DNA of 32,274 bases from Octopus bimaculoides (Eukaryota), in the NCBI RefSeq assembly GCF_001194135.2, contig NC_068984.1, positions 92,574,651 through 92,606,924 of the forward strand, in the 5' to 3' direction. Position numbers and translations under genes: made by a program. Below are positions 1-10,850 of the stretch, piece by piece. The notes beneath the pieces were generated by a model. The model did not search any database and was not told where the DNA came from. It worked only from the letters and a program-made list of their open reading frames with translations. The first letter of the stretch is position 1. Each line of letters starts with the position of its first letter.

Positions 1-310
1 TGGTATTGTTTATAAAAAGTCTTCGTTTATTGTTATCATTGAGACAAGGTTTTATTTGACTTTTATTTCCCTTATTTCGTGAAAGGATTTTAATCTTGTT
101 GCTATCGTTAGGTAATTTATGGTTGTGGTTATCTTCGTATTTATTGTTATTATTTAAATTAAAAGCTTTATCATTATAATTATTGCTATTAAGAATATTA
201 TTATTAATATTATTATTACTCATATCGGTTTCATACTTAGAATCTATATAATTAACCTTTTCTCTGTAACCTGCTTTTGATAAAGCTAAATTGTAAAATT
301 CAGCCTCCTT
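1..310 (-). mobile_element. Penelope-like retroelement ORF remnant (RT thumb / Asn-rich linker), cut off by the window edge and by the mariner
   Basis: Minus-strand frame 310->1 is stop-free for about 103 codons: KEAEFYNLALSKAGYREKVNYIDSKYETDMSNNNINNNILNSNNYNDK...KRRLFINNT. The YNxALxxxGYxEKxxY segment resembles the region after the RT thumb in Neptune-type PLEs. It is missing from the ORF track because there is no in-window stop. Confidence 0.6.
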
Positions 311-1574
311 GTCATCCCATAAATAATGCTGTTTTTTCAATTGCATGAACTAAAAGTCAGAAAGGGACGGGATTAATTACCTGCATCTACTTGCTATAAA
401 AACGAGTAATAATTTTACCTTGTCTTTATTCTTAGTGCAAGTTTTGAAGAATGCAGTTCAATTTTAACATTCATTTTTTTCAAAGCTATAATGGAAGTGA
501 CAAAGGAGCACATTTGGCATATTTTGCTTTATGAGTTCAATAAAGGCAACAATGTATCAGAAAGTGCAAGAAATATTAATGCAGTATATGGGGATCAAAC
601 AATAAGTGTAAGCCAGGGTCAATAGTGGTTCCAGAAATTCCGAGCTGGAAACTACAGCCTTGAAGATGAGCCTTGTCCTGGAAGCTCAATGAGGACGTCC
701 TGCATACCTTTGCGAAACAAAATCCCATCATAACTGTTGGGTAACTAGCAGAGACGCTTGGATTCGGTCGTTCAACCATTCATAGACACCTGTGTGCCAT
801 CAGAAAAGTCAGCTAATTGGGTCAATGGGTTCCTCACAAACTTTTCAAGTCTAATCGCATGCAGAGAGTGAATGTGTACTCTTCTTTGCTGTCACGTCTC
901 ACAAATGAACCTTTTTTTTTTTTACTGAAAAGTGACTGATGATGAGAATTGGGTTTTCTATAAAAACGTCAAGTGCCAAAGTTAGTGGGTATGGAAAGTA
1001 AAAACACTAGCACCCCAAGCTAAAGAAGGTCTTCACGCACATAAGGTGTTGTTACCTGTTTCGTGGGATATGAAATGTTTAGTCCACTTTGAACTTTTAC
1101 ACCCAAACCAAACATTAGCAAAGGTGAACTACTATGAACAGCTTGAGTGACTTAAGTCAGCGCTAGAAGAAAAACAACCATCTTTGGTTTCAAGACAAAA
1201 GGTGTTCTTCCATCAGGATAATACTTAGCCACATACAGTGGGTATGACATTCTAAAAACTGGAGCAGTTTGAATAGGGAACGATGCTCCACCCACCATAT
1301 TCGCCAGACATTGCCCTATCTGATTATCATTTATTCCACAGTCCTCAAAATCATTAGGATGGTAAAAATATGAATTCTGTAGATGAAGTCAGAACAGAAC
1401 ATTACAGACAAGTGAATTTTGGAAGAAGAGCCTTGCAAGTCTACCAGATAGATGGAAGAGCATTGTAGAAAATGAAAGAGAGTATATTTTAGATTAAAAA
1501 AGAACTTTGTTCATCTTAATTTTGAAAAATAAAAGAAGTATAAAAAAAGCTGTATTATTTATGGGACGACCCAA
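309..1574 (+). mobile_element. Mariner DNA transposon (DD34D-type, mellifera-like), degenerate, copy 1
   Basis: TIRs (tt)gtcatcccataaataatgc at 309-329 and gctgtattatttatgggacgacccaa ending at 1574. Same family as 26273-27702. Confidence 0.92.
491..1497 (+). pseudogene. Mariner transposase pseudogene
   Basis: MEVTKEHIWHILLYEFNKGNNVSESARNINAVYG..., WVPHKL, FHQDN, HPPYSPDIALSDYHLF and ...ENEREYILD*. Contains frameshifts and stops. Confidence 0.9.
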
Positions 1575-2750
1575 ATATANNNNNNNNNNNNNNNNNNNNN
1601 NNNNNNNNNNNNNNNNNNNNNNNNNNNNNNNNNNNNNNNNNNNNNNNNNNNNNNNNNNNNNNNNNNNNNNNNNNNNNNNNNNNNNNNNNNNNNNNNNNNN
1701 NNNNNNNNNNNNNNNNNNNNNNNNNNNNNNNNNNNNNNNNNNNNNNNNNNNNNNNNNNNNNNNNNNNNNNNNNNNNNNNNNNNNNNNNNNNNNNNNNNNN
1801 NNNNNNNNNNNNNNNNNNNNNNNNNNNNNNNNNNNNNNNNNNNNNNNNNNNNNNNNNNNNNNNNNNNNNNNNNNNNNNNNNNNNNNNNNNNNNNNNNNNA
1901 TATATATATATATATATACAAGTTCACCAAAAATTTAGATTCAGATGAATATGGTACTTAAGCTGAGGCACCAGAATTTAGTATGGTATTATCTATACAA
2001 TTTCAAAGTAAGGTGATTAAAATCAAAATAAGCAACAAGGATATCAGTATATACCAATTAATCAATATTCACAGATACCATCTGATGAGTTAGTATTTAA
2101 ATGTACAATATGTATAAATATTAAACTATTTCTGGATAATTTCTTTTCCTCCCTCTATTGTGGTAAAAGTTTGGTATACACTCAAAAGTATTCATAAATT
2201 TCTATCCTTTTGTTATTATATTCTTCTTAATAATCCTCTGAATAACCCTAAACTTAAACTGAATACAATATAGCAACATTGTTTAAAATATTTAACTATA
2301 GTACTACATGATATGACTTCCCCTGTTTCATTATCAATGGTCTGCTAGTGGGCGACCCCCTTAATTGTCAGCTAACATCTTGTTTTAAGTTTTCCTTTAC
2401 CTAACCTCATGATATTGCTTCTAATAAATCTTGATTTTTATAACTATATCAACTATGATTTCTGTCTGCTCCCTCAGCCCTACCCCTAACAGATACTGCC
2501 CTTGTTCTCTCGGCCTTAGATATACAAGGATTTGATAAACTAGTCTATAAATTAAAACTGATTCCATAAAAATAAAAAATCATTGACAAGCAGAGTTTGT
2601 AACAATGTATATCTTCTTGATAACTTAGTAACTTCTATGCAGGAGTGAAGCCAGCATATTCTTTATCTATCTCCTTAACTTCTTGGAGATTTTAGGTATA
2701 ATTATACTAATGTGTCCATCTGTTCTAATTTAATTAAATTCTATGTCTTT

Positions 2751-2839
2751 GTGCAGCTGATGATTGCTCTGCATTTTAAATTGATGTAATGATTGCATTG
2801 TTCAATTAAATGGAGTTGCATGAAACGATCGTACTGCAT
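2751..2839 (+). ncRNA. Candidate minimal type-I hammerhead ribozyme, apparently intact core
   Basis: Helix I GUGCAG (2751-56) pairs with CUGCAU (2834-39). Core CUGAUGA 2757-63, long hairpin helix II (includes cauuu/aaaug and aauuga/ucaauu), GAAA 2822-25. Palindromic helix III ACGAUCGU 2825-32 and cleavage triplet GUA 2831-33. Ends at an N-gap. Confidence 0.75.
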
Positions 2840-3138
2840 NNNNNNNNNNNNNNNNNNNNNNNNNNNNNNNNNNNNNNNNNNNNNNNNNNNNNNNNNNNNN
2901 NNNNNNNNNNNNNNNNNNNNNNNNNNNNNNNNNNNNNNNNNNNNNNNNNNNNNNNNNNNNNNNNNNNNNNNNNNNNNNNNNNNNNNNNNNNNNNNNNNNN
3001 NNNNNNNNNNNNNNNNNNNNNNNNNNNNNNNNNNNNNNNNNNNNNNNNNNNNNNNNNNNNNNNNNNNNNNNNNNNNNNNNNNNNGTGTGTGTGTGAATTC
3101 ATTTAGCAAGATTCCTGATGTGAAATCAAATGTTGAAA

Positions 3139-4430
3139 CAGATATTGTTGTATTTTGGGATGATTATTATTTTTTTTTTTTGCCAAATAAACACACACGC
3201 TATATATTTTTTTACTTTACTCATTTATTACTGTTATTTTATCACTTTAAAACATCTCTATTACCCGGAAATCTTTCATCACTTTTCGCTTCTGTGTGTG
3301 TTCTTGCTCCACTTACTCCATTCTGTTCTCCTCATATGTGTATCCTTATGTATACATGTGTTTGTGTCCTTGTGTGTGCGTGTGTGTGTGTATGATTGTG
3401 TGTCATAGTTTTTAGCAGCAGTGTGACCTTCCCCTCAGTGTGACCTTCCCCCTCAGCCCCAACCTCTCACCCCATTGTGCTGCTGCTATCCTAAGAACCA
3501 AGAAAAAAAAAAGAAAGGTACAGTTCCTGTATTCCTCTGTGTATGTGTGTTCTTCCATGGTGTTGCTATCGTGGTAGTTGTTGTTATTGCCATCGTTGGC
3601 ATCGCCACTGCTGCTGACCATGTTAGTTGTGTTGTTGACATCATATGACTGTCCATGAGGTTTCATGTCTGTGTAGTTGTGTGTGTGTATGGGTTCCCTT
3701 CGTATGTATCCATGCTCTTTATATAGGTTTATTTATTTATATTATCTATCTCTGTCTTACGTTTATCACAGATATGTGGCAGATACCTGTGATAAACGTA
3801 AGACAGAGATAGATAATATAAATAAATAAACCTATATAAAGAGCATGGATACATACGAAGGGAACCCATACACACACACAACTACACAGACATGAAACCT
3901 CATGGACAGTCATATGATGTCAACAACACAACTAACATGGTCAGCAGCAGTGGCGATGCCAACGATGGCAATAACAACAACTACCACGATAGCAACACCA
4001 TGGAAGAACACACATACACAGAGGAATACAGGAACTGTACCTTTCTTTTTTTTTTTCTTGGGTCTTAGGATAGCAGCAGCACAATGAGGTGAGAGGTTGG
4101 GGCTGAGGGGAAGGTCACACTGCTGCTAAAAACTATGACACACAAACATACACACACACGCACACACACAAAGGACATAAACACATGCACACATAATGAT
4201 ACATATCTTAGAAGAACAGAATGGAGTAAGTGGAGCAAGAACACACAGGGAAATGAAAAGTGTTACTGAAGAGGTCACAGATGTGTGATGAAAGATTTCT
4301 GGACAATGGACATTCATTAAAATAATAAAATAACAGTAATAAATGAATGAAGAAAAATAAATATATAGTGCATGTGTTTATCTGGCAAAAAACAAAAGTA
4401 AGAAATAAAATGACCAACCCGAAATACAAC
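3139..4430. repeat. Long quasi-palindrome: arms of about 630 bp (3139-3771 / 3787-4430) with a 15-bp spacer
   Basis: gtttatcacag-atatgtggcagatac-ctgtgataaac at the centre. The inner ~245 bp look identical by eye and the outer arms are diverged. Confidence 0.95.
4262..4305 (+). ncRNA. Degenerate minimal hammerhead motif in the right arm of the palindrome
   Basis: CUGAAGA 4266-72, extra G, helix II GUCACA/UGUGAU (4274-79/4284-89), GAAA 4290-93, GAUUUC. Helix I is poor. The left arm has this core deleted but retains gaaagatttccgggtaa on the minus strand. Confidence 0.55.
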
Positions 4431-4437
4431 AATATAT

Positions 4438-5120
4438 ACATCATCATCATTCAATGCCCATTGTCCATGCTGGCATGGATTGGATGGTGCAACCAGAGCT
4501 GGTAAGCTGTACCAAACTCCAGTCTGATTTGACATGGGTTCTATAACTGGATGCCCTTCCTAACGCCAACTACTTTACAGAGTGTATTGGGTGCTTTTAT
4601 GTGGTACTGCACTTTAACATGGTACTGCATGGATGCTTTTATGTGATGCCACATAGTCGCTTTTACATGTCACCACACGGATACTTTGATACGTTGCCAA
4701 ATGGACATTTTTATGTGTCACCACATGGGTACTTTTACATGGTATCACTACAAATATATTACACCTCGAGAAGGATCAGTCTTAACACTTCTGCTGCTGA
4801 GTACAACAAGGCACTGGGTATCTTGGTCCTTTGTCATCTCACCTGAAAGGTTCAGCTTCCTAAGGTTGTTTTTCAGTACTTCATCTCATGTCTTCCTGGG
4901 TCTCCCACTTCCATGTGTTTCATCCACTTTGAGAAATCAGCACCTCTCTATGGAGATGTCAGCATCTATCTGCAGTGGAGTTTTCTCTCTTGCACACAGC
5001 AACCAATTCCTCTGTCGATCATGTACACTTACATTCCAAATCCAGTGGAGCATACTAGCCTCATTCTTTTCTAGCCTTCACATGTCCTCTGCATTCAGGG
5101 TCCATATCTCACTATCAAGG
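4438..5120 (-). mobile_element. RTE LINE family A, 5'-truncated 3' fragment (end of ORF, 3'UTR and (GAT)n tail)
   Basis: (CAT)n, then ggatgcccttcctaacgccaac, ttttatgtg-type 3'UTR repeats and decayed ORF end. Homologous to 15146-16000. Confidence 0.8.
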
Positions 5121-5291
5121 AAAATTGTTGTTCATATACATACATCATACAATCTTCATGTAATTAAGATATTCTCAACCTGATGATTAGCAAAGTTGAG
5201 TACCCCTCATTGAGTAATTATTACATCAGAGGATCAGCTAGCTAAGAAACATTTGTAGCCTGGATTTTACCTGTTCCATTCCCTCAATTTG

Positions 5292-5325
<34 letters not shown>

Positions 5326-5910
5326 NNNNNNNNNNNNNNNNNNNNNNNNNNNNNNNNNNNNNNNNNNNNNNNNNNNNNNNNNNNNNNNNNNNNNNNNNNN
5401 NNNNNNNNNNNNNNNNNNNNNNNNNNNNNNNNNNNNNNNNNNNNNNNNNNNNNNNNNNNNNNNNNNNNNNNNNNNNNNNNNNNNNNNNNNNNNNNNNNNN
5501 NNNNNNNNNNNNNNNNNNNNNNNNNNNNNNNNNNNNNNNNNNNNNNNNNNNNNNNNNNNNNNNNNNNNNNNNNNNNNNNNNNNNNNNNNNNNNNNNNNNN
5601 NNNNNNNNNNNNNNNNNNNNNNNNNNNNNNNNNNNNNNNNNNNNNNNNNNNNNNNNNNNNNNNNNNNNNNNNNNNNNNNNNNNNNNNNNNNNNNNNNNNN
5701 NNNNNNNNNNNNNNNNNNNNNNNNNNNNNNNNNNNNNNNNNNNNNNNNNNNNNNNNNNNNNNNNNNNNNNNNNNNNNNNNNNNNNNNNNNNNNNNNNNNN
5801 NNNNNNNNNNNNNNNNNNNNNNNNNNNNNNNNNNNNNNNNNNNNNNNNNNNNNNNNNNNNNNNNNNNNNNNNNNNNNNNNNNNNNNNNNNNNNNNNNNNN
5901 NNNNNNNNNN

Positions 5911-6273
5911 GTCATATGGGCCGCATATCTTTTGTATCTTTTTGGAGAGGCCTTTCACATAGGGTAGACAGACTGTAGACAGTTTATTGGTTTCATCCTC
6001 TCTTTTCTTCATAATTGGAGTAGATAGTATGTTCTTGGGGTAGTTGTTTCTTAATAGATTGTTTCTGAGCTTGATCATTTCCTCGTGGTGGGTATCACGA
6101 TCGCTACTTATATTCTTTGCTTGGTGATTTAGGCACTGAGCAATTCCTCTCTTTACACTGTATGGATGGTGGGAATTGAAGTTAAGGTATCGTCCAGTGA
6201 AGGTTGGCTTGCGATATACGGATGTCCTGAATCCATACTCAGGACATCCATTACAGTTAATATTCAACTGCAA
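5911..6273 (-). mobile_element. Penelope-like retroelement remnant (RT thumb to linker)
   Basis: YRKPTFTGRYLNFNSHHPYSVKRGIAQCL...LLRNNYPKNIL...TVCLPYVKGLSKKIQKIC: the YRKPT / NFNSHHP / NxYP / LPY motif series typical of PLE RT thumb and linker. Truncated by the N-gap. Confidence 0.88.
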
Positions 6274-6312
6274 GGTAACTATATAAACCGAGGTTTATAT
6301 ATATTTATTTAT

Positions 6313-6645
6313 CATAATAAGGTAAGAAAATAGAGAAATAATTAATAAATTATAATTTATTAATTAAAAAATTGACAAACATCCCTTACAACTGTTTCAA
6401 TTCATGACCTTCAGAAAATTAATTAATAAATAACTAATAAATAATCTTCTGTCATGATTTGACTTTCAAATAATGCTTAATTTTATTAATTAATTTTCTG
6501 AGCATCTGGAATTGAAACAGCTGTAAGAGATGTTTGTCAATTTTTTAATTAGTAAATAATAATTTAATTAATAAATAATTAATAAATAATTTAATTGATA
6601 AATAATGATTTATTAATTATCTCTCTATTTTCTTATCTTATTATA
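6313..6645. repeat. AT-rich inverted repeat (about 6313-6430 / 6482-6645) at the 5' end of the PLE fragment
   Basis: attgacaaacatcccttacaactgtttcaattc is mirrored by gaattgaaacagctgtaagagatgtttgtcaat. aagaaaatagagaaataattaataaat is mirrored by atttattaattatctctctattttctt. Confidence 0.88.
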
Positions 6646-7649
6646 TATATGAGTAAATGTAAGGACAAACAAGTCAGGAAAGTTGTTATACACAAAATCT
6701 AATATAATAAATGTGAAAACTAATTTCCATGTGTCAGTGTGTCACACTGAACCCCCCTGCCCCTCACTATTCAATGACACTCCTACTATTCCTCATGTTG
6801 GGGTGAGAGTAATAGTCAGCATAGAGATAGTGAGGGTGGCGATGAAGACAGACAAAGAGAGAGAGAGAAAGAAAAAGAGAGGGAGAGAAAGAGAGACAAA
6901 GAAATTTAGGGAGAGTTGATGATGTTTTATTAAAAGCATTGATGGTGGCAGTGGGAGTAATAATAAGTGAGAGAGAAAGAGTGAGTATGTGAGAGAAAGA
7001 GAGAGATGATGTACAACTTTGTTTAACCATGTCTCTTTGACTGAAATTTCTATGGCTAACATACTGAACCATTTAATTTTTGCTTTCTTTAATACATAAA
7101 CACACACACACACACACATATCTACATATATAAATATTCAGGTATATANNNNNNNNNNNNNNNNNNNNNNNNNNNNNNNNNNNNNNNNNNNNNNNNNNNN
7201 NNNNNNNNNNNNNNNNNNNNNNNNNNNNNNNNNNNNNNNNNNNNNNNNNNNNNNNNNNNNNNNNNNNNNNNNNNNNNNNNNNNNNNNNNNNNNNNTATAT
7301 ATATATAACATTGGGATATTCTATCTATTTATCTATCTCCACTGTCCTGGAACCTCACCCCCGAAAACAAAAACAATGTTCTCCTCTTCTAAACAAAACA
7401 AAAAAAAACCTGATTTATATTAATGAACAAATTGTTTGCACATTCACAATTTCATTTGACAAGTTTGAAAATGAACAAAAGCGCTAAGAATAATGACTAA
7501 ATAAAAAAATTCTTTTTCCAAAATTCTTGCGACCTCCTCTTTTCTCAATATTCAATATCTGTACACCACTTCTAACACTCTATACATATATGCATAAATA
7601 CATACAACCACTAGTTTTGTAGTTATTTTAGGAGAGATGCAACAATGTT

Positions 7650-10212
7650 CACTTTGATGGTTCATAACAATCTTTTCAGGATGGAATATATAAAATGGGA
7701 TCAGAGGTGTTAGGTCATAAGAAGAGACAACACTGAGATTGGTTTGATTCCAATGATATGATGATAAATGAACTTTCAGCAACAAAGAGATCCACTCCTC
7801 ATAATAAGCTTCTTGACCCAAACATAAAGAACAAAATGCAACTAGAAAAGTTGTATAAGTCTAAGAAAGCAAACATGCAAAAAGAACTCAGGAGGCTTAA
7901 AGACACTTGGTGGAGAAATCTATCTGAGGAAGTACAGGTGACCTAAGACAGGAAAGACATTAAAAGTTTTTATAGTTTATTGTGGCAAGCTTTTGGACCT
8001 CAATTTTCATTATATGTTCCCTTGAAGTCAAAAAATGGAAATGAGGTTATTAAAGTTCCTCCTGGAATAATGAATAGATGGAGAGAACACTTTGCAGATT
8101 TTATCCACAATCCTTCTGTAGTGAAATTGGATATCATAAGCAATATTCCACAAAGAGAGATAGTGCAACACATGGATGATGTACCTTCCATTGTAGAAGT
8201 AAATCTGGTATTATGTAAACTGAGATTGGGTAAAGCTCCTGGATTGATTGGTATTCCAGTTGAATTTCTGAAAACAGGTGGGGATCATATTTCATCTGAA
8301 ATGCATAGTCTAATAACTTGAGTTTGGAATGAATCTTCTGTGCCACAGGAATGGATAAATGGCATTCTAATCTTTGTATACAAGGGTAAAGGCCCAAAAG
8401 CAGTGTGTGGTAATTCTAGAGGTATAACTCTCCTGGCACATACTTGGAAGATACTTTCAAGGATCATGTTAGATCATCTCATTGAGAATGTCTGTCCACA
8501 TGTGATTCCTGAAGAACAGTGTGGTTTCAGACCTGAGCAAGGAATAATGGACATGATATTTTCTGCAAGGCAGGTTCAGGAGAAATGCTTAGAGGAACAA
8601 ATGTCACTATACCAGGTCTTCATAGATTTAAGGCATTTGACATGGTGAATAGGGAGGCACTGTGGATTGTTTTGTGTAAATTTGGTTGCCCAACAAATTT
8701 TGTGGGCATCTTTAAGGAACTACACAGAAACATAAAAGCTCAGGTAGACTTTAATGGTGAGCTATCTCATGAATTTTCAGTGGATAATGGTGTCAAACAG
8801 GGAGATATTCCTGCCCCTACACTTTTCTCTATTTATTTTGCTTCGGTATGCTTTCAACAGGGGAACTGTAACAGGGGAATCGGAATCAAATTTTGGACAT
8901 CTGATCACATTTTAATCTGACTCAGTGTAACTGCAAAGCAAAGATTTTCAAAACACTTGTTTACAGAATTACTTTATGCTGATGATGCTGATTTGTTGGC
9001 ACACTCAGAGTGGGATATGCAACACATAATGGACATATTTTCCATTGCAAGTTTACATTTTGGACTCACAATTAGTCTTGGGAAAACTAAAGTAATGTTT
9101 ACTCCTGCGCCAGGTCAAACATATTCCAGACCAAACATTTTTGTGAATGAAACAATGTTAGAAGTCATTGACACCTTTGTTTACCTAGGAAGCACACTGT
9201 CAAGAGATGGTGGTCTTGAAGCAGAGATATACTATCGAATAGGGAAGAGAAGTGTTACATTTGGAAAGCTCGAAAAGCAAGTATGGGCGGACAGAGGTAT
9301 TTCCCTGCAGACAAAAATCAGTGTCTATAAAACGTGTGTATTGACTGCACTTCTTTATTCGAGTGAGACATGGACCACTTACAGGAGTCATATGAAAATG
9401 CTGGAGAAATTTCATCAAAAGTGCATCAGACATATCTTGGGAGTCAAGTGGGAACGTTTCATACAAAATACAGAAGTTTTGCACATGATACATTGTAGCT
9501 CAATTGAACAACATATTATCTTGGCTCAGATGAGATGGGCTGGACATGTTATTAGAATGAAAGATGAGCAATTGCCAATGCATCTTTCTTATGGTGAGCT
9601 CAATTCTTGTAAGCGACCACAACATTGGAAAAGGTATAAAGACTATGTGAAGGAAAACCTGAAGAAACTAGATATGAACAAGAGTGATTGGGAAATTAAT
9701 GTTCTAGATCAGAACAAGTGGAGAGGTGCTGTTAGGACTGGTTGCAATGCCTGGGAGGAAAAGATAATTCAACACTCTGAGCTTAAAAGGGCCTGTCACA
9801 AAGGAACAATCGGAACTGAAATCAACAGCAAATATTGGATATGTATTATGTGTGACTGTGTTCTGTTGTCAAAAGCAGAATACATGAATCATATGAAGTC
9901 ACACAAAAATTGAAATGCCCAGGTAAGTAATAAGCTTGAATGTCAACTACCTCTTACAACTTGTATCATATGTCACAAAACTTGTAAGACAATATCTGGA
10001 CTTAAAAGACATTCCTTCAGAATCAGATTCAAAAAGGCAAAGACAAAAACAAAACTTGAATAGTATCTGTTACTTGTTAAACCCTGTCAGTCAGCAGCTG
10101 GTCTTAAAAGTCACCTGAGGGCTCATCAACGGCAAGATTGTGCTGTGTGATGGGGTGTGATGTATGTTTTGATGGGACGGCTATCATCTGTCAAGATGAA
10201 GCAATCATCATA
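7650..10212 (+). mobile_element. RTE-clade LINE family B, 5'-truncated (RT and C-terminal region), pseudogenised
   Basis: KKRQH*DWFDSND, GKAPGLIGIP, NSRGITLL, EQCGFR, FIDL-KAFD, GVKQGDIPAPTLF, LLYADD, YLGS, YSSETWT, MRWAGHV, split by stops and frameshifts. Ends in gacggctatcatc...atcatc. Confidence 0.92.
9842..10130 (+). pseudogene. Three C2H2-like zinc fingers at the C-terminus of the RTE family B ORF
   Basis: CIMCDCVLLSKAEYMNHMKSH, then in the same frame past TGA 9911-13: CIICHKTCKTISGLKRH, then (CYL)..KPCQSAAGLKSHLRAH with an inferred small frameshift. Confidence 0.7.
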
Positions 10213-10217
10213 TATAT

Positions 10218-10511
10218 ATATCATCATCATCATCATCATCGTTTAACGTCCGCTTTCCATGCTAGCATGGGTTGGACGATTTGACTGAGGACTGGTGCAA
10301 CCGGATGGCTACACCAGGCTCCAATCTAATTTGGCAGAGTTTCTACAGCTGGATGCCCTTCCTAACGCCAACCACTCAGAGAGTGTAGTGGGTGCTTTTA
10401 CGTGTCACCCGCACGAAAACAGCCACGCTCGAAATGGTGTCTTTTATGTGCCACCCGCACAAGAGCCAGTCCAGGGGCACTGGCAACGATCTCGCTCGAA
10501 AACCCTACAAG
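10218..10511 (-). mobile_element. RTE family A 3'UTR fragment
   Basis: (CAT)n-cgtttaacgtccgctttccatgctagcatgggttgg...ggatgcccttcctaacgccaaccac, homologous to 15146-15330. Cut by the gap. Confidence 0.85.
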
Positions 10512-10800
10512 NNNNNNNNNNNNNNNNNNNNNNNNNNNNNNNNNNNNNNNNNNNNNNNNNNNNNNNNNNNNNNNNNNNNNNNNNNNNNNNNNNNNNNNNN
10601 NNNNNNNNNNNNNNNNNNNNNNNNNNNNNNNNNNNNNNNNNNNNNNNNNNNNNNNNNNNNNNNNNNNNNNNNNNNNNNNNNNNNNNNNNNNNNNNNNNNN
10701 NNNNNNNNNNNNNNNNNNNNNNNNNNNNNNNNNNNNNNNNNNNNNNNNNNNNNNNNNNNNNNNNNNNNNNNNNNNNNNNNNNNNNNNNNNNNNNNNNNNN

Positions 10801-10843
<43 letters not shown>

Positions 10844-10850
10844 GTGTATA

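Noticed and set aside
2071-2140. CTGATGAG followed by a 10-bp hairpin (ttagtattta/taaatattaa)
   Set aside because: There is no GAAA or helix III after the hairpin. It is at best a deleted hammerhead remnant and cannot be supported.
1920-2750. Possible coding or retroelement sequence between the two gaps
   Set aside because: I found no recognisable motif or long open frame on either strand, so it is left unannotated.
3412-4087. Mirror ORFs 3412-3666 (-) and 3902-4087 (+) with Asn/Thr-rich peptides
   Set aside because: They are low-complexity by-products of the palindrome with no domain or splice support.
6660-7120. ORFs 6683-6919, 6767-7072 and 6793-7119
   Set aside because: They are driven by GA-rich and CA simple repeats, with no recognisable product.
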